A stretch of 57,501 nt of DNA, taken from assembly GCA_002753335.1 (NCBI GenBank), contig PEAD01000020.1, positions 1 through 57,501 of the forward strand. The letters are read 5' to 3'. The notes under the pieces were generated by a model. The model saw only the letters and a program-made list of their open reading frames with translations. It did not search any database and was not told where the DNA came from. Of the stretch, positions 49,228 to 57,501 are shown piece by piece. How positions within the stretch are numbered: position 1 is the first letter of the stretch; every line of letters starts with the position of its first letter. This stretch comes from Nitrospirae bacterium MYbin3. GTDB taxonomy: Bacteria > Nitrospirota > Thermodesulfovibrionia > Thermodesulfovibrionales > Dissulfurispiraceae. The translations under genes were made by a program, and so were the position numbers.

Positions 49228-49887
49228 TCACTGCTTCAGAGATACTATTCCTTTTTGTATAGCGAACATGACAAGCTCTGTTTTGCTATGAATGGATAGT
49301 TTGCGCATCATATTGGAGCGGTGTACTTCAACTGTACGTGTGCTGATGGAAAGCATCTTTGCTATTTTCGAACTGCTGAACCCTCGAGCAGCCATATGAA
49401 GAACTTCGCGTTCTCTTGCCGTCAAACTCGCAAATGGGTCGTTTGCCGATGAATCAACAGCTCTATTCATGTATAAGTTAAGCATCTCGGTTGTTAGTGG
49501 AGGCCCCAGATATTGATGCCCGGCAAGCACCTCATGAACAGCCTGAACCAATATACTTCCTGATGATCCCTTGAGAACATAGCCATTTGCCCCTTTTTTG
49601 AAAGCCTCAACTACGTAGGCTTCATTTTCATACATTGACAGGATTATGATCCGGATAGACTTAGAAAATTCTCTAACCCGTCGGGTTACCTCAATTCCGT
49701 TTATGTCTGGCATCTCTATATCCAAGACCAGAATGTCCGGACAGAGCTTCCTGGCCTCATCAACTGCCTGAAGTCCATTCTCGGCCTCACCTACAATTAC
49801 AAAGCCAGGTTCTCTTTCAAGAAGCGCCCTGACGCCCTGTCTTACGATGGAATGATCCTCAACAAGCACTATCGAAATTTTTTTCAT
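49228..49887 (-). CDS. NarL/LuxR-family response regulator
   Basis: Receiver plus LTAREREVL...ISTRTVEVHRSNMMRKL. Confidence 0.92.
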   Translation of the reverse strand: MKKISIVLVEDHSIVRQGVRALLEREPGFVIVGEAENGLQAVDEARKLCPDILVLDIEMPDINGIEVTRRVREFSKSIRIIILSMYENEAYVVEAFKKGANGYVLKGSSGSILVQAVHEVLAGHQYLGPPLTTEMLNLYMNRAVDSSANDPFASLTAREREVLHMAARGFSSSKIAKMLSISTRTVEVHRSNMMRKLSIHSKTELVMFAIQKGIVSLKQ

Positions 49888-49889
49888 TA

Positions 49890-52800
49890 TTATGTTTTGG
49901 CCATATCCGATGTGATATTCTTGGGTATCTCTATCGAAATCCTTGTACCGGTTTCTGCAGAGCTTATTATGGTCATGCTACCGCCGAGCATAGTAAGTCT
50001 CTCACGCATGCCAGGAAGACCAAGTGTATTTCCGTTTGCAAGCACATTTTTACTATCAAAGCCCTTGCCTTTGTCTTCTATGGTAATAAAAAGCTTTTCT
50101 TTGTTTTCTGTAAGCACAACTTCCGCTTCCTCTGTTGAAGCATGGCGTGCAATATTAGTAATAGCTTCCTGTACGATACGGTATGCTGCTGTTTCTACTT
50201 CCGGATTAAAACGATTGCTTGTTGTGGAATGCCTGAACATTATCTTAATTTTAGTATTGTTTGTGAACCTATTGAACTGCCACTGAAGAGCATGCACCAG
50301 TCCTAAATCGTCAAGCATGGAAGGCCGAAGATTAAGAGACAAATCTCTGACTTTACCCAAGAGCTGTCCAACTGATTCTTGTATTTCGTCCAGTATTTTG
50401 TGCATCTCTCCGGAGGATGTTCTTGAAGCCGCTGTTTCGAGCGATAGATTGATTACAGTAAGCATCTGCCCTATTTCGTCATGCAGTTCCCGTGCTATAG
50501 AGCGGCGCTCGGTTTCCTGAACCTTGAACAGAAATCTGGAGAGGTTTTGAACCTGTCCTGTATATTGCTGGAGCGCCTGTTCTGCCCTGTTGCGATCTTC
50601 CAGAGATCGTGCAAGCCATATATTGTTAAAACTCAGTTTTGATAGCATAGCGGCAAACTTTATGTAAAAATTCATAGCAGTATCAACAGTTTCTTTTGAC
50701 CAGCGTGGCACTCTTTCGAGGGCTTCAAGATACTTCTTTTCATTGAACCCGTATTTTCGGGCTTGTGAACGAAATACTTTGTAGTTAATCGTCTCGTCAG
50801 AATAAAGAAACTGTCCAAGAAAGAGATTTCCTACTTTTTTGTCTCCAATCATAATTGGGGTTGAGATGTCCCACATATTGTTCTTGCATTTGTAAAGCTT
50901 GAATTCACCAGGAGCAACGCCATTTGAGAGTATCAAGTCACTCTGAATGCAGTTCTTGCAGGACTCAGAATTTACACGATGATAATTAACACATACGTCC
51001 TGCCATCCGGTACCGACAAGGACCTTACCCGCAAGATCAATGATGCCAATGCCTATATTCGTGAGCTTGTAAAAATCATCCATAAGAGACTGAACATCCG
51101 ATGTATTGATTATATCGCCCAACTCCAGATTACCAATATTCCCTTCGGGGTTTAGTATGCTTTCAAGCTTAAGCCTTACAGCCTGCTCGCTTTCCCTTAG
51201 TCTTTCCTCCATTTTTTTGCGCTCTGTGATATCAACAAAAGTTATGACTATGCCGAGTGCTTCATTGTCAATAGTACGGTAAGGTGATATATGCATTAAG
51301 AACCATAAGTTGTCTATAGTATGTATTTCGGCTTCTTTCGCTATCAACGTTGCCATAACTTCTTTGATCTCATCAATAAAGCCGGGATAGTTAAATCTTG
51401 TAGAAATATGGTTTATAGGTCTCCCTATATCCGATTCCATTAAGTTTATAGTGGCTGTAACTGCAGGTGTATAGCGGTTAATGATAAGCTTTTTGTCCAG
51501 AAAGATTGTGCCTATATCTGTGCTTCTTATAAGGTTAATTATGTCATTGTTAAGCTGTGTAAGCTCTTCAATTTTTTTCTGATATTCAGAATTTACGGTG
51601 TACAGTTCCTCGTTTACAGACTGCAGCTCTTCATTTGTTGATTGCAGTTCCTCGTTGGAAGCAATAAGCTCTTCATTTGTAGATTGCAGCTCTTCGTTGG
51701 AGGTACCAAGCTCTTCTATCGAGGCCTGCAAATTCTCACGGGTGTAGAGAACTTCCTGTTCAAGATCTGAGATTCTCTGCTGATTTAACCCTTGCAGGTC
51801 TTCTGTCTGTATGTCTTGCTCTAAAGGCTCTTTGCATTTAAAACTTTCGAAGCTGATTAAAAGAAGTTCTTTTTGGGTAAATTCATCTGTTATAGGCTTA
51901 ACCTTGACCGTAACCACGTCAGCACGGTCATCCTCATTCAGCTTGTACCCCTTATACAAGATCTCCTGTTTGTCTTTCAACGCTTTATAGAAAGCGGTAT
52001 TCAGTACCAAAGAAAAATCCTTTGACACCATTTTAAGCAGGTTCAGACTCATCCTGCCATGAGGTAGTTTTATATATTTATTTACATCCCCGAATATGTG
52101 AAGCACATCAAAGTTTTCATCAACAACCACAGCTGGCGGTGCATACTCGTTTATAAGGCTTTGATATACCGATTGCAGAGATTCGTCAATAGCTGGAGGT
52201 TTATGCGAAGACGACATTACAGTCTTAAAAGGGAGTCTCGAACTTATGGATGTCAAGTTAGCCTGCGTGATTGGTTTGAATGTGTCGGTATTGCGGTATA
52301 TTTTCCATTTTTTATCAACAACACTGTACCGGCTTTCAAGTTCGCCTATAGACTCGCTATTTCCAAGAAAAAGATACCCGTCACAATTAAGAGAAAAAGA
52401 CAGGGATGAAAGAACCTTTTTCTGAATTTCTGGCTTGAAATATATAAGAAGATTCCTGCAGCTAACAAACTCGATTTTTGAAAAAGGGGGATCACTCGTA
52501 ATATTATGCGCTGCAAAAACAACCATCCGCCTTATTTTTTCATTCACTCGCCAGCCAATGTCAGCTTGAACAAAAAAACGTTTAAGCCTGTCTGCTGATA
52601 TATCTGCAACTATGCTTTCAGGATATATGCCAACCCCGGCATACTCAATAGCATCCTTGTCCACATCTGTAGCAAATATTTTAATGTCAAGTTTCTTTTG
52701 GATGCTATCAAGGTGCTCGCTAAATAGGATTGCCAAAGAATATGCCTCTTCTCCAGTAGAGCAACCCACACACCAGACTCTCAGAGTCTCGTTTTGTTTG

Positions 52801-53777
52801 GTTTTTTCACATATCGCAGGGATCACTATATTTTTTACTGTGTCATAAGCTTCAGTGTCACGGAAAAATCTTGTGACCCCTATCAGCAATTCTTTTGCGA
52901 GGGTCAAAGATTCATTGAACGATTTTGCAACAAAATTGACGTAATCTTCGATGCTGCTAATATGGTTTATACTGATGCGTCTTTCAATTCTTCTTACTAC
53001 GGTTGTGGGTCTGTAGGACGAGAAATCTATACCGGTGCGGTCTCGTATTACTGCCAGAATCTTTGAGAGGCTGTCGCCCTCTTTAAGAAGCATTTCATCT
53101 ATTTTGTCAGACTTATGAATGTAGGGATGCTTAATATACTTTACAAGCTCCTCAGGCATTTTTTCGGGCGTAAGGATATAGTCAACAAGGCCTGTGTTGA
53201 TAGCGCTTCTTGGCATTCCATCAAATTTTGCGGACTTCATATCCTGAGCCATAACCATTCCGCCTGCGCCCTTTATGGCCCTGATGCCGAGGGTTCCGTC
53301 GCTGCCTGTGCCTGACATAACTATGCCGATAGCCCTGTCCCCCTTATCTTCAGCAAGGGAACGGAAGAATATATCTATTGGCAGATTCAGACCATGACTG
53401 TGTTCCTGATCCATAAGATAAAGTTTTGAGTTGAATATCGTTATATTTTTTTTTGGAGGGATTACATAAAGTGTTCCGCCTTCTACTTTCATCCCGTCTT
53501 CGGCCCTGAGCACCTGCATTCCGGTCTGCTTCGAAAGAAGTTCTGCCATCAGGCTTTTATAGTCAGGAGAAAGATGTTGAACTACCACAAAAGCAAGATC
53601 ATTGCTTGGAGGCAAATTGCTGAAAAAGAGTTCAAGCGCTTCCAAACCTCCAGCAGAGGCACCGATTCCTACAACCGTCAAGCTGTCTTTTGATAGCGGC
53701 AGGGAATCGGACGACAATTGTTTTTTTGTCTTAGCCTTTCGTGCTTTTGGCGGTATTTTTTTTCCTGCTTTGTTCAT
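49890..53777 (-). CDS. CheB-CheR-coiled coil-PAS-PocR-like-HisKA_3 histidine kinase fusion
   Basis: CheB and CheR motifs; [11 protein letters not shown]...[31 protein letters not shown]. Confidence 0.88.
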   Translation of the reverse strand: MNKAGKKIPPKARKAKTKKQLSSDSLPLSKDSLTVVGIGASAGGLEALELFFSNLPPSNDLAFVVVQHLSPDYKSLMAELLSKQTGMQVLRAEDGMKVEGGTLYVIPPKKNITIFNSKLYLMDQEHSHGLNLPIDIFFRSLAEDKGDRAIGIVMSGTGSDGTLGIRAIKGAGGMVMAQDMKSAKFDGMPRSAINTGLVDYILTPEKMPEELVKYIKHPYIHKSDKIDEMLLKEGDSLSKILAVIRDRTGIDFSSYRPTTVVRRIERRISINHISSIEDYVNFVAKSFNESLTLAKELLIGVTRFFRDTEAYDTVKNIVIPAICEKTKQNETLRVWCVGCSTGEEAYSLAILFSEHLDSIQKKLDIKIFATDVDKDAIEYAGVGIYPESIVADISADRLKRFFVQADIGWRVNEKIRRMVVFAAHNITSDPPFSKIEFVSCRNLLIYFKPEIQKKVLSSLSFSLNCDGYLFLGNSESIGELESRYSVVDKKWKIYRNTDTFKPITQANLTSISSRLPFKTVMSSSHKPPAIDESLQSVYQSLINEYAPPAVVVDENFDVLHIFGDVNKYIKLPHGRMSLNLLKMVSKDFSLVLNTAFYKALKDKQEILYKGYKLNEDDRADVVTVKVKPITDEFTQKELLLISFESFKCKEPLEQDIQTEDLQGLNQQRISDLEQEVLYTRENLQASIEELGTSNEELQSTNEELIASNEELQSTNEELQSVNEELYTVNSEYQKKIEELTQLNNDIINLIRSTDIGTIFLDKKLIINRYTPAVTATINLMESDIGRPINHISTRFNYPGFIDEIKEVMATLIAKEAEIHTIDNLWFLMHISPYRTIDNEALGIVITFVDITERKKMEERLRESEQAVRLKLESILNPEGNIGNLELGDIINTSDVQSLMDDFYKLTNIGIGIIDLAGKVLVGTGWQDVCVNYHRVNSESCKNCIQSDLILSNGVAPGEFKLYKCKNNMWDISTPIMIGDKKVGNLFLGQFLYSDETINYKVFRSQARKYGFNEKKYLEALERVPRWSKETVDTAMNFYIKFAAMLSKLSFNNIWLARSLEDRNRAEQALQQYTGQVQNLSRFLFKVQETERRSIARELHDEIGQMLTVINLSLETAASRTSSGEMHKILDEIQESVGQLLGKVRDLSLNLRPSMLDDLGLVHALQWQFNRFTNNTKIKIMFRHSTTSNRFNPEVETAAYRIVQEAITNIARHASTEEAEVVLTENKEKLFITIEDKGKGFDSKNVLANGNTLGLPGMRERLTMLGGSMTIISSAETGTRISIEIPKNITSDMAKT
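51558..51701. repeat. 144-bp direct repeat, copy 2
   Basis: 143/144 identical to 46837-46980. Confidence 0.9.
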
Positions 53778-53882
53778 ATTCTTCCCCCAATACCCGAATA
53801 AGAATAATTCATATATTTGTATATTTTAACAAGGGAAGCATAAATGAACAATACAGTTCATCTTTTGACCAATATAGAAACG

Positions 53883-56246
53883 CTACACGTGTTGTTTATT
53901 CAAAACAGTTCGAATTTTTCTCAAAAGCGCATCCAGATTAACAGGTTTTGATACAAAATCCAATTTCTCCTTATGGATCCCTTTTATTGCTACCATTTCA
54001 TCTGTATAACCACTTGTAAATATAACTTTTACGTTATCAGAAAGTTTTTTTATGGCCTCATAAGCATCTTTGCCGTTTTTTTTGGGCATTATTATATCGA
54101 AAAGCAGCAACGAAATTTTGTTGCAATGTTCTTTATATGCTCTTACAGCCTCTTCGCCGTCTTGAACCTCTATTGTGTTGTATCCATGCTCCTGAAGGTA
54201 CATGCCGATAATTTTTCTGACAGTTGCATCATCCTCTGCTAATAATATAGTTTCACCGCATCCTATTGGCACCATTTCAAAAGCCTCAGAACTTATTTCT
54301 TCTGCTTTCTGTATTAAAGGCAGATATATCCTAAAGGTTGTGCCGTTGCCTGGTTCGCTATACACATTGATATTACCGTCGTGCTGTTTGATTATTCCAT
54401 AGGCCATTGCCAACCCAAGACCTGTGCCTTTACCGACCTCTTTGGTTGTGAAAAAGGGTTCAAATATATTTTTCTTTGTTTTTAGATCCATGCCAATACC
54501 AGTATCAGATACTGTCAACACTGCATACATTCCAAAATTTTCAAAGCTATAAGCTTCAGAATATTTACTGTTTATTTCCGCAACACCTGTCTTTATTATC
54601 AAAGATCCTCCGTCAGGCATGGCATCACGGGCATTGGTAACAAGGTTAAGCAAAACCTGATCTATTTGCGACGCATCAATATTTACCATTATATCTTTGC
54701 TGTCCAAGATAGTTCTCAATTCTATGTCTTCTCTTAAAATTCTTCGAATCATCTTTTCTATATTGCATACTATAGTGTTTAGATTTTGTATTTTAGGCAT
54801 TATTACTTGCTTTCGGCTATACGCCAGCAAAGCCCGGGTCAGTTCAGCAGCTCTGTTTGCTCCATTAAGAATTTCTACTACAAATTCTTTTGTTAGCGGA
54901 TCATTATTAAGTCTTTCTTTAGCCATGCTTCCATATCCAATAACGGCTTGAAGTATGTTGTTAAAATCATGAGCTACGCCTCCTGCGAGCAATCCTATGG
55001 ACTCCATCTTCTGGGCTTGGCGAAGCTGTTCTTCGATTTTTAGATTTTCAGTAATGTCCTGAATCATACAGAGGTGACGGGGATGTGTTTTATCTTCAAC
55101 TGTAACAGGTGCAATAGTCATATTTATCCAAACTACATTGCTATCAGGGCGAATATAGCGTTTTCTCATCTGAAACCCTGGTATCTTACCAGCATTCAAA
55201 AGAGCCATATTGTCCGAATCTTCTTTTATATCATCAGGGTGTGTGATGCTCATCCAGTCTATATTTCCCATTTCTTCCATGGTTCTACCTGCAATTTTGG
55301 CAAACATTGGATTTGCTGCATATATATGCCCCGTTAGAGAATCTATCAGAGCAATGCCCAAAGGCGCCTCATTGAATATAGTTTCAAAACGCTCTTTAGT
55401 TAACCGCAATTCATTTTCGGTTCGCTTGCGTTCTGTAATATCAGTTTCGGATCCTGCCATGCGTATTACTTTACCTGTTTTATCCCGCAGGGCCAATCCT
55501 CGATCATTTATCCAGAGCCACGTGCCATTTTTGCATTTAACTCTGTAGTCCTCGTTAAACCATTGGGTTTTACCGTCAAAGTGTGCTGTAATGCTTGCCA
55601 AGACTCGCTGGATATCTTCAGGATGAATACTTTTTTTCCACTCTTCTTCACTGTCGCTTATCTCATCGTCAGAAAAGCCGCGCATAGCTTTCCATCTGGG
55701 GGAGTATAATACACGCTTGTTAGGAACGTCCCAATCCCAAATACCATCTTTTGCTCCAGCCACTATAAGATTAAATCGTTGAATCTGTTCATCCAGTTTT
55801 CTTTCTAAACGCTTTCTATCTGAAATATCACGCTCAATACTAAGAATAAACTGTTTGCCATCGATACTTATTAGACGAACCTGGGCTTCTGCATCAATTA
55901 TTGTTCCGTCATTTTTTCTATGTTGCACCTCAAATACAACCAGCTCTCCGCTCTGAATAGCATTAATTCTTGCCTTGGCAGTTTCTGGTGTAATATTGGG
56001 ATCAATAAAAGATATGGGTTTGTTAATCAACTGCTCACGCGTGTACCCGTGAATACGCAGGGCAGTATCATTCATGTCTCGAATAATTGGAATATCTCCT
56101 GAAACAATTTCAAGAAGCAGAATATAATCTCCTGCCTGATCAAAGACTTCCTTATAATTAATTGTGCTGCTAAGAAAATCAGAAGATTTTTCTTTTGGGT
56201 TTGAGCTGGTTTGCGAAATAGTAGATTCTGACTCTATATCATTCAT
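53883..56246 (-). CDS. Multi-PAS hybrid histidine kinase
   Basis: Three PAS domains, [24 protein letters not shown], receiver. Confidence 0.9.
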   Translation of the reverse strand: MNDIESESTISQTSSNPKEKSSDFLSSTINYKEVFDQAGDYILLLEIVSGDIPIIRDMNDTALRIHGYTREQLINKPISFIDPNITPETAKARINAIQSGELVVFEVQHRKNDGTIIDAEAQVRLISIDGKQFILSIERDISDRKRLERKLDEQIQRFNLIVAGAKDGIWDWDVPNKRVLYSPRWKAMRGFSDDEISDSEEEWKKSIHPEDIQRVLASITAHFDGKTQWFNEDYRVKCKNGTWLWINDRGLALRDKTGKVIRMAGSETDITERKRTENELRLTKERFETIFNEAPLGIALIDSLTGHIYAANPMFAKIAGRTMEEMGNIDWMSITHPDDIKEDSDNMALLNAGKIPGFQMRKRYIRPDSNVVWINMTIAPVTVEDKTHPRHLCMIQDITENLKIEEQLRQAQKMESIGLLAGGVAHDFNNILQAVIGYGSMAKERLNNDPLTKEFVVEILNGANRAAELTRALLAYSRKQVIMPKIQNLNTIVCNIEKMIRRILREDIELRTILDSKDIMVNIDASQIDQVLLNLVTNARDAMPDGGSLIIKTGVAEINSKYSEAYSFENFGMYAVLTVSDTGIGMDLKTKKNIFEPFFTTKEVGKGTGLGLAMAYGIIKQHDGNINVYSEPGNGTTFRIYLPLIQKAEEISSEAFEMVPIGCGETILLAEDDATVRKIIGMYLQEHGYNTIEVQDGEEAVRAYKEHCNKISLLLFDIIMPKKNGKDAYEAIKKLSDNVKVIFTSGYTDEMVAIKGIHKEKLDFVSKPVNLDALLRKIRTVLNKQHV

Positions 56247-56292
56247 TAGTTTTACCTTGCTTAATAATATTGTCTATTAATATTCATGTAAA

Positions 56293-56322
56293 TACGTAGA
56301 TATACATAAGTAGATATACTTA
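56293..56322. promoter_or_regulatory. Tandem dyad TA(A/C)GTA-GATA-TAC(T/A)TA, copy 2 region
   Basis: TACGTAGATATACATA overlapping TAAGTAGATATACTTA. Confidence 0.6.
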
Positions 56323-56390
56323 TTGCACTTCTCTGTTAAGACGAAAAGGGATTCTTATAGAAAGCTATACAGACCGCTCATTTCGCAATA

Positions 56391-57501
56391 TCAAGAAACT
56401 ATCCGATCGTATTGGCTTAGTAGTTCCACCTGAGTCTGTTTTCTAATCTCGTAAAGATGATCGAAATTCCTGATACAAAGTTGAACCAGTTCCGTATCCA
56501 AAGAACTGCCTGACAACGAAGTCAACACCCCTTTTATTGCATCAGCATCCATTCCGCTGCGGTGGGGCCTGTCCTCTGATATGGCGGTAAAAACATCAGC
56601 GATTGACATAATCCTGGCGCCTATCGGCAGATTATATTTGCTGTGATGAAAAGGATATCCTGTCCCATCAATACGTTCATGATGGAAGGCGCACCACTCT
56701 GATATGGTCTGAAAATCATCTATCGAATTCAAAATACGGTATGTGTAATACGTATGGTATTTCATTTTATTCAGTTCGTTCTGGTCCAGCTTTGCAGGCT
56801 TCTCGAGAATTTCTTTGGATATTGCAAGCTTGCCGAGGTCATGAAGGTATCCGGCGATTTTCATGTAGTGGCTCTCATGCTCAGAAAATCCCGCAAGCTT
56901 TGACAAAGCCTCTGCAACAGATGCCACCGCAGCAGAATGGGTTGCGGTGAAAGCGCTTCTGAAGTCAATAAGCTTTGAGAAAAGCAGCGCCAAATCTTCG
57001 AGCTGCTTTAAATCGAGGCTCAGAGAATGGCCCTTTTGCGTCTGCCTCAGGATTGAGGAAATAGATGGGGAGCATATTTCTATCCAGAAATATTCCTTAT
57101 CCACTAATTTCATGAAGGCCTCAACAACTTCGGGGTGAAACATTTTGCCAGATTCAGCGCTTATTTTTCTTGCGATGTCCTGTGTCTGCTCAAGTATCTC
57201 TCTATTGGGGTCCATGCTTACGGAAACCCTATCTGCAAGATGAAGAATATAGCTTTCTATCGGAATTGCATGGTCTTTATAGATATCGCCTCTCTCTTTT
57301 TTAAAATATACATGATGGTATCGGACTATCGGCAGCAGCTTTACAAAAGGCGGGAAAGTGGCCAAAAGCCTTTCTCCAAGTTCGGCATGAAGATTGCTTT
57401 TATCCTGAAAATCAAATCTCAGAGTATTCATCCTTTCGGATAAAGAGAGCGCACCGATATCATGCAAAGCGCCCGCAAGAATCAGATTCGTCTGCTGCGA
57501 T
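56391..57501 (-). CDS. Tandem HD / HD-GYP protein, 5' end outside the window
   Basis: Frame open to the window edge (QQTNLILAGALHDIG); second domain LHDLGK, HHERIDGTGYP. Confidence 0.85.
   Translation of the reverse strand, partial: SQQTNLILAGALHDIGALSLSERMNTLRFDFQDKSNLHAELGERLLATFPPFVKLLPIVRYHHVYFKKERGDIYKDHAIPIESYILHLADRVSVSMDPNREILEQTQDIARKISAESGKMFHPEVVEAFMKLVDKEYFWIEICSPSISSILRQTQKGHSLSLDLKQLEDLALLFSKLIDFRSAFTATHSAAVASVAEALSKLAGFSEHESHYMKIAGYLHDLGKLAISKEILEKPAKLDQNELNKMKYHTYYTYRILNSIDDFQTISEWCAFHHERIDGTGYPFHHSKYNLPIGARIMSIADVFTAISEDRPHRSGMDADAIKGVLTSLSGSSLDTELVQLCIRNFDHLYEIRKQTQVELLSQYDRIVS

Overview
Bacterial chromosomal segment, probably from an anaerobic or microaerophilic sulfur-cycling organism (Nitrospirota/Thermodesulfovibrionia- or Desulfobacterota-like; an inference from gene content). 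Left to right: a toxin-antitoxin-rich patch (MNT, MarR, AAA-DUF4143, hicAB, higA remnant); a greA-pyrK-pyrD-thiSGEC operon; two GAF/HD-GYP genes (one with an in-frame TAA) and a heme-c sensor kinase with its regulator; phoBR-pstSCAB-phoU with Pho boxes; an accessory island; an mvhG-mvhA-protease-hdrA-mvhD-tusA operon; a convergent rrf2-ccoNO-ccoG-fixH (cbb3 oxidase) operon; gph and pcrA; and a large CheB/CheR-PAS signalling cluster. Two highlights. (1) A complete non-phage diversity-generating retroelement (DGR). Its template repeat (TR, 23545-23670) and variable repeat (VR, 25950-26075) align over 126 bp with 21 mismatches, 19 of them at TR adenines. It has RT, Avd and HRDC genes and a secreted FGE-sulfatase/C-type-lectin-fold target. 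A REP-flanked GIY-YIG gene is nested inside it, toxin-antitoxin pairs bracket it, and a secreted caspase-like gene lies upstream. (2) The hydrogenase large subunit has an in-frame TGA followed by a SECIS-like hairpin at the second Cys of the N-terminal RICGVC motif. This would place selenocysteine at a Ni-Fe bridging position rather than at the canonical [NiFeSe] position, which is Cys here.
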